A stretch of DNA of 64,000 bases from Tubulanus polymorphus (taxonomy: Eukaryota > Animalia > Nemertea): contig NC_134030.1 in NCBI RefSeq assembly GCF_964204645.1, forward strand, positions 21,536,210-21,600,209, in the 5' to 3' direction. The notes beneath the pieces are model-generated. The model searched no databases and was not told where the DNA came from. It saw only the letters and a list, made by a program, of their open reading frames with translations. The position numbers and the translations under genes were made by a program. Of this stretch, positions 62,584-64,000 are shown piece after piece; position 1 is the stretch's first letter; every line of letters begins with the position of its first letter.

Positions 62584-64000
62584 CGCAAAATCGATCAAAC
62601 TATGATCAAACTATCATCGGTGTTTGCGCTGATTTTGCGGACGGTTTTTGCCACAGAAAAAGACCGACGATTTTTGTTGCTCGAGTTGATTTTCGAATTG
62701 ACGCATTTTCGGGATATACGCGCGCATGCGCAGATGCGATACATCGTGGGATTTGCCACAAATACGAACGTAGAGACTTACTGTGGCAGTCGAGACTTTG
62801 AATTTTGAAGCGGGAATAGTTCCTGTATTTTTTTTTTGGATAATTCGCAAAGCGTTGGCTACAAACATTAACAGCAGATGGTAATTTGAGTCAAGCGGCG
62901 GTCCATATCAGCCGAATGTAAAGTTGAAATTTGACTGAAGAGTCGAGAAGAAAACACAATATCTGTGGAATAACGCGAGAAATCCCACAATAAAAACAGC
63001 CAAAACGAGAAACTTGAATAGAAGAGTAGTATATATTTGTTATTCAGTACAAAGAGTATAAAGGAGTAAATATTTGCGCAAGGCGTTTCGGCTAAAGACT
63101 ATATAAGCCTTCATCGGGCGTACTGATGGTTGAGATACTGGACCCGGTTCCACAGTTGTGAGTTAGAGTTGAGTTAGAATTAGTTCTTTTTCAATTAGTT
63201 AACTCTGGGTTAATTCTTAACTCAGAACTGTGGAACTGGGTCCTGAACTGTTGCGGCCAACTAGACCGTGTTCGGGGCCCTCGGGGTTTTTTTTGTACGT
63301 TACTTGTGGTAATCAGCTACTATATACGGTTGTCTTTTTGCCTTGCGCGAGGAACACGTTTTTACACTACTTACAACTTCGATATGAGCCCGGACCCTGT
63401 GGTAAGGAATGATGGCCACTTGAGACACTTTTAGCCCGGTTTTCAAGTTTAAGAACGATTGGTTGTTAAGAGACAAATATATCTAGCTGTTCATTTTAAC
63501 CGAACATGAAGTTGAAATAATGACAGAAATACCGAGCATTTTAACGAATTGAAAAGATCTGGAAATTATATTTCTGAAAGTTGATTTTTCGGATATATAC
63601 GCCATTTTAAGCCGCGATCAAGCACACGGGCATCTTTGGCCCGAACAAAGAAGTCGGCCCAAGCCCGACCAAAATTTGCACGATCAAATAAATCCTTGCG
63701 TGCGAATTGCAACTGGTACCGGAAGTGACTCACTTAGCTTTGTTTAGTATTGAGTGAGTGGTTTGCGCCGGAACGCGCTCTCTAAATATATTAAGCACGG
63801 GCCAAATTTGGCTCGAGCCTGATCGGTGCCAAATGTGGCCCGGGCCAAATCGTCTCCCCGTAGTGGCGGTTTTAGTGGATTTTGGAATACCCGGAAAGTA
63901 CAAACAAGCATATATAGTTGTTTCAGTTATTATGAGAATCTTTTGCTCAGTGTATTCGCCGTTTTTCAAGTCGAATATTCTTTCTTGCGGGTATACGGTC

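Overview
AT-rich, intron-rich animal DNA, most likely an invertebrate. The GRL101-type receptors and repeat content fit a spiralian/lophotrochozoan, but this is inference. Gene models were built by hand from GT-AG junctions with consistent phases. In order, the window holds: (1) ALIX/PDCD6IP on the minus strand, 16 exons in the window, running off the left end; (2) an unannotated head-to-head pair of small three-exon secreted-protein genes on the arms of a ~4.2 kb palindrome. Each has a signal peptide, a Lys-rich block, a Glu-rich block and a predicted C-terminal coiled coil. Promoters and exons 1-2 are near-identical while exon 3 has diverged strongly; (3) TMEM169; (4) two tandemly duplicated ~1950-aa GRL101/LGR-type GPCRs (CUB, C-type lectin, LDLa, LRR, 7TM) whose differences cluster in the distal ectodomain; (5) a divergent even-skipped (Evx) homeobox gene; (6) the first exon of a class A GPCR. 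Non-coding DNA is dense with MITEs (some nested), LINE 3' fragments, satellites derived from transposon ends, a 109-bp repeat-carrying mobile element, and small palindromic Penelope-like elements with minimal hammerhead ribozyme motifs. No CRISPR array, rRNA or convincing tRNA gene was seen.
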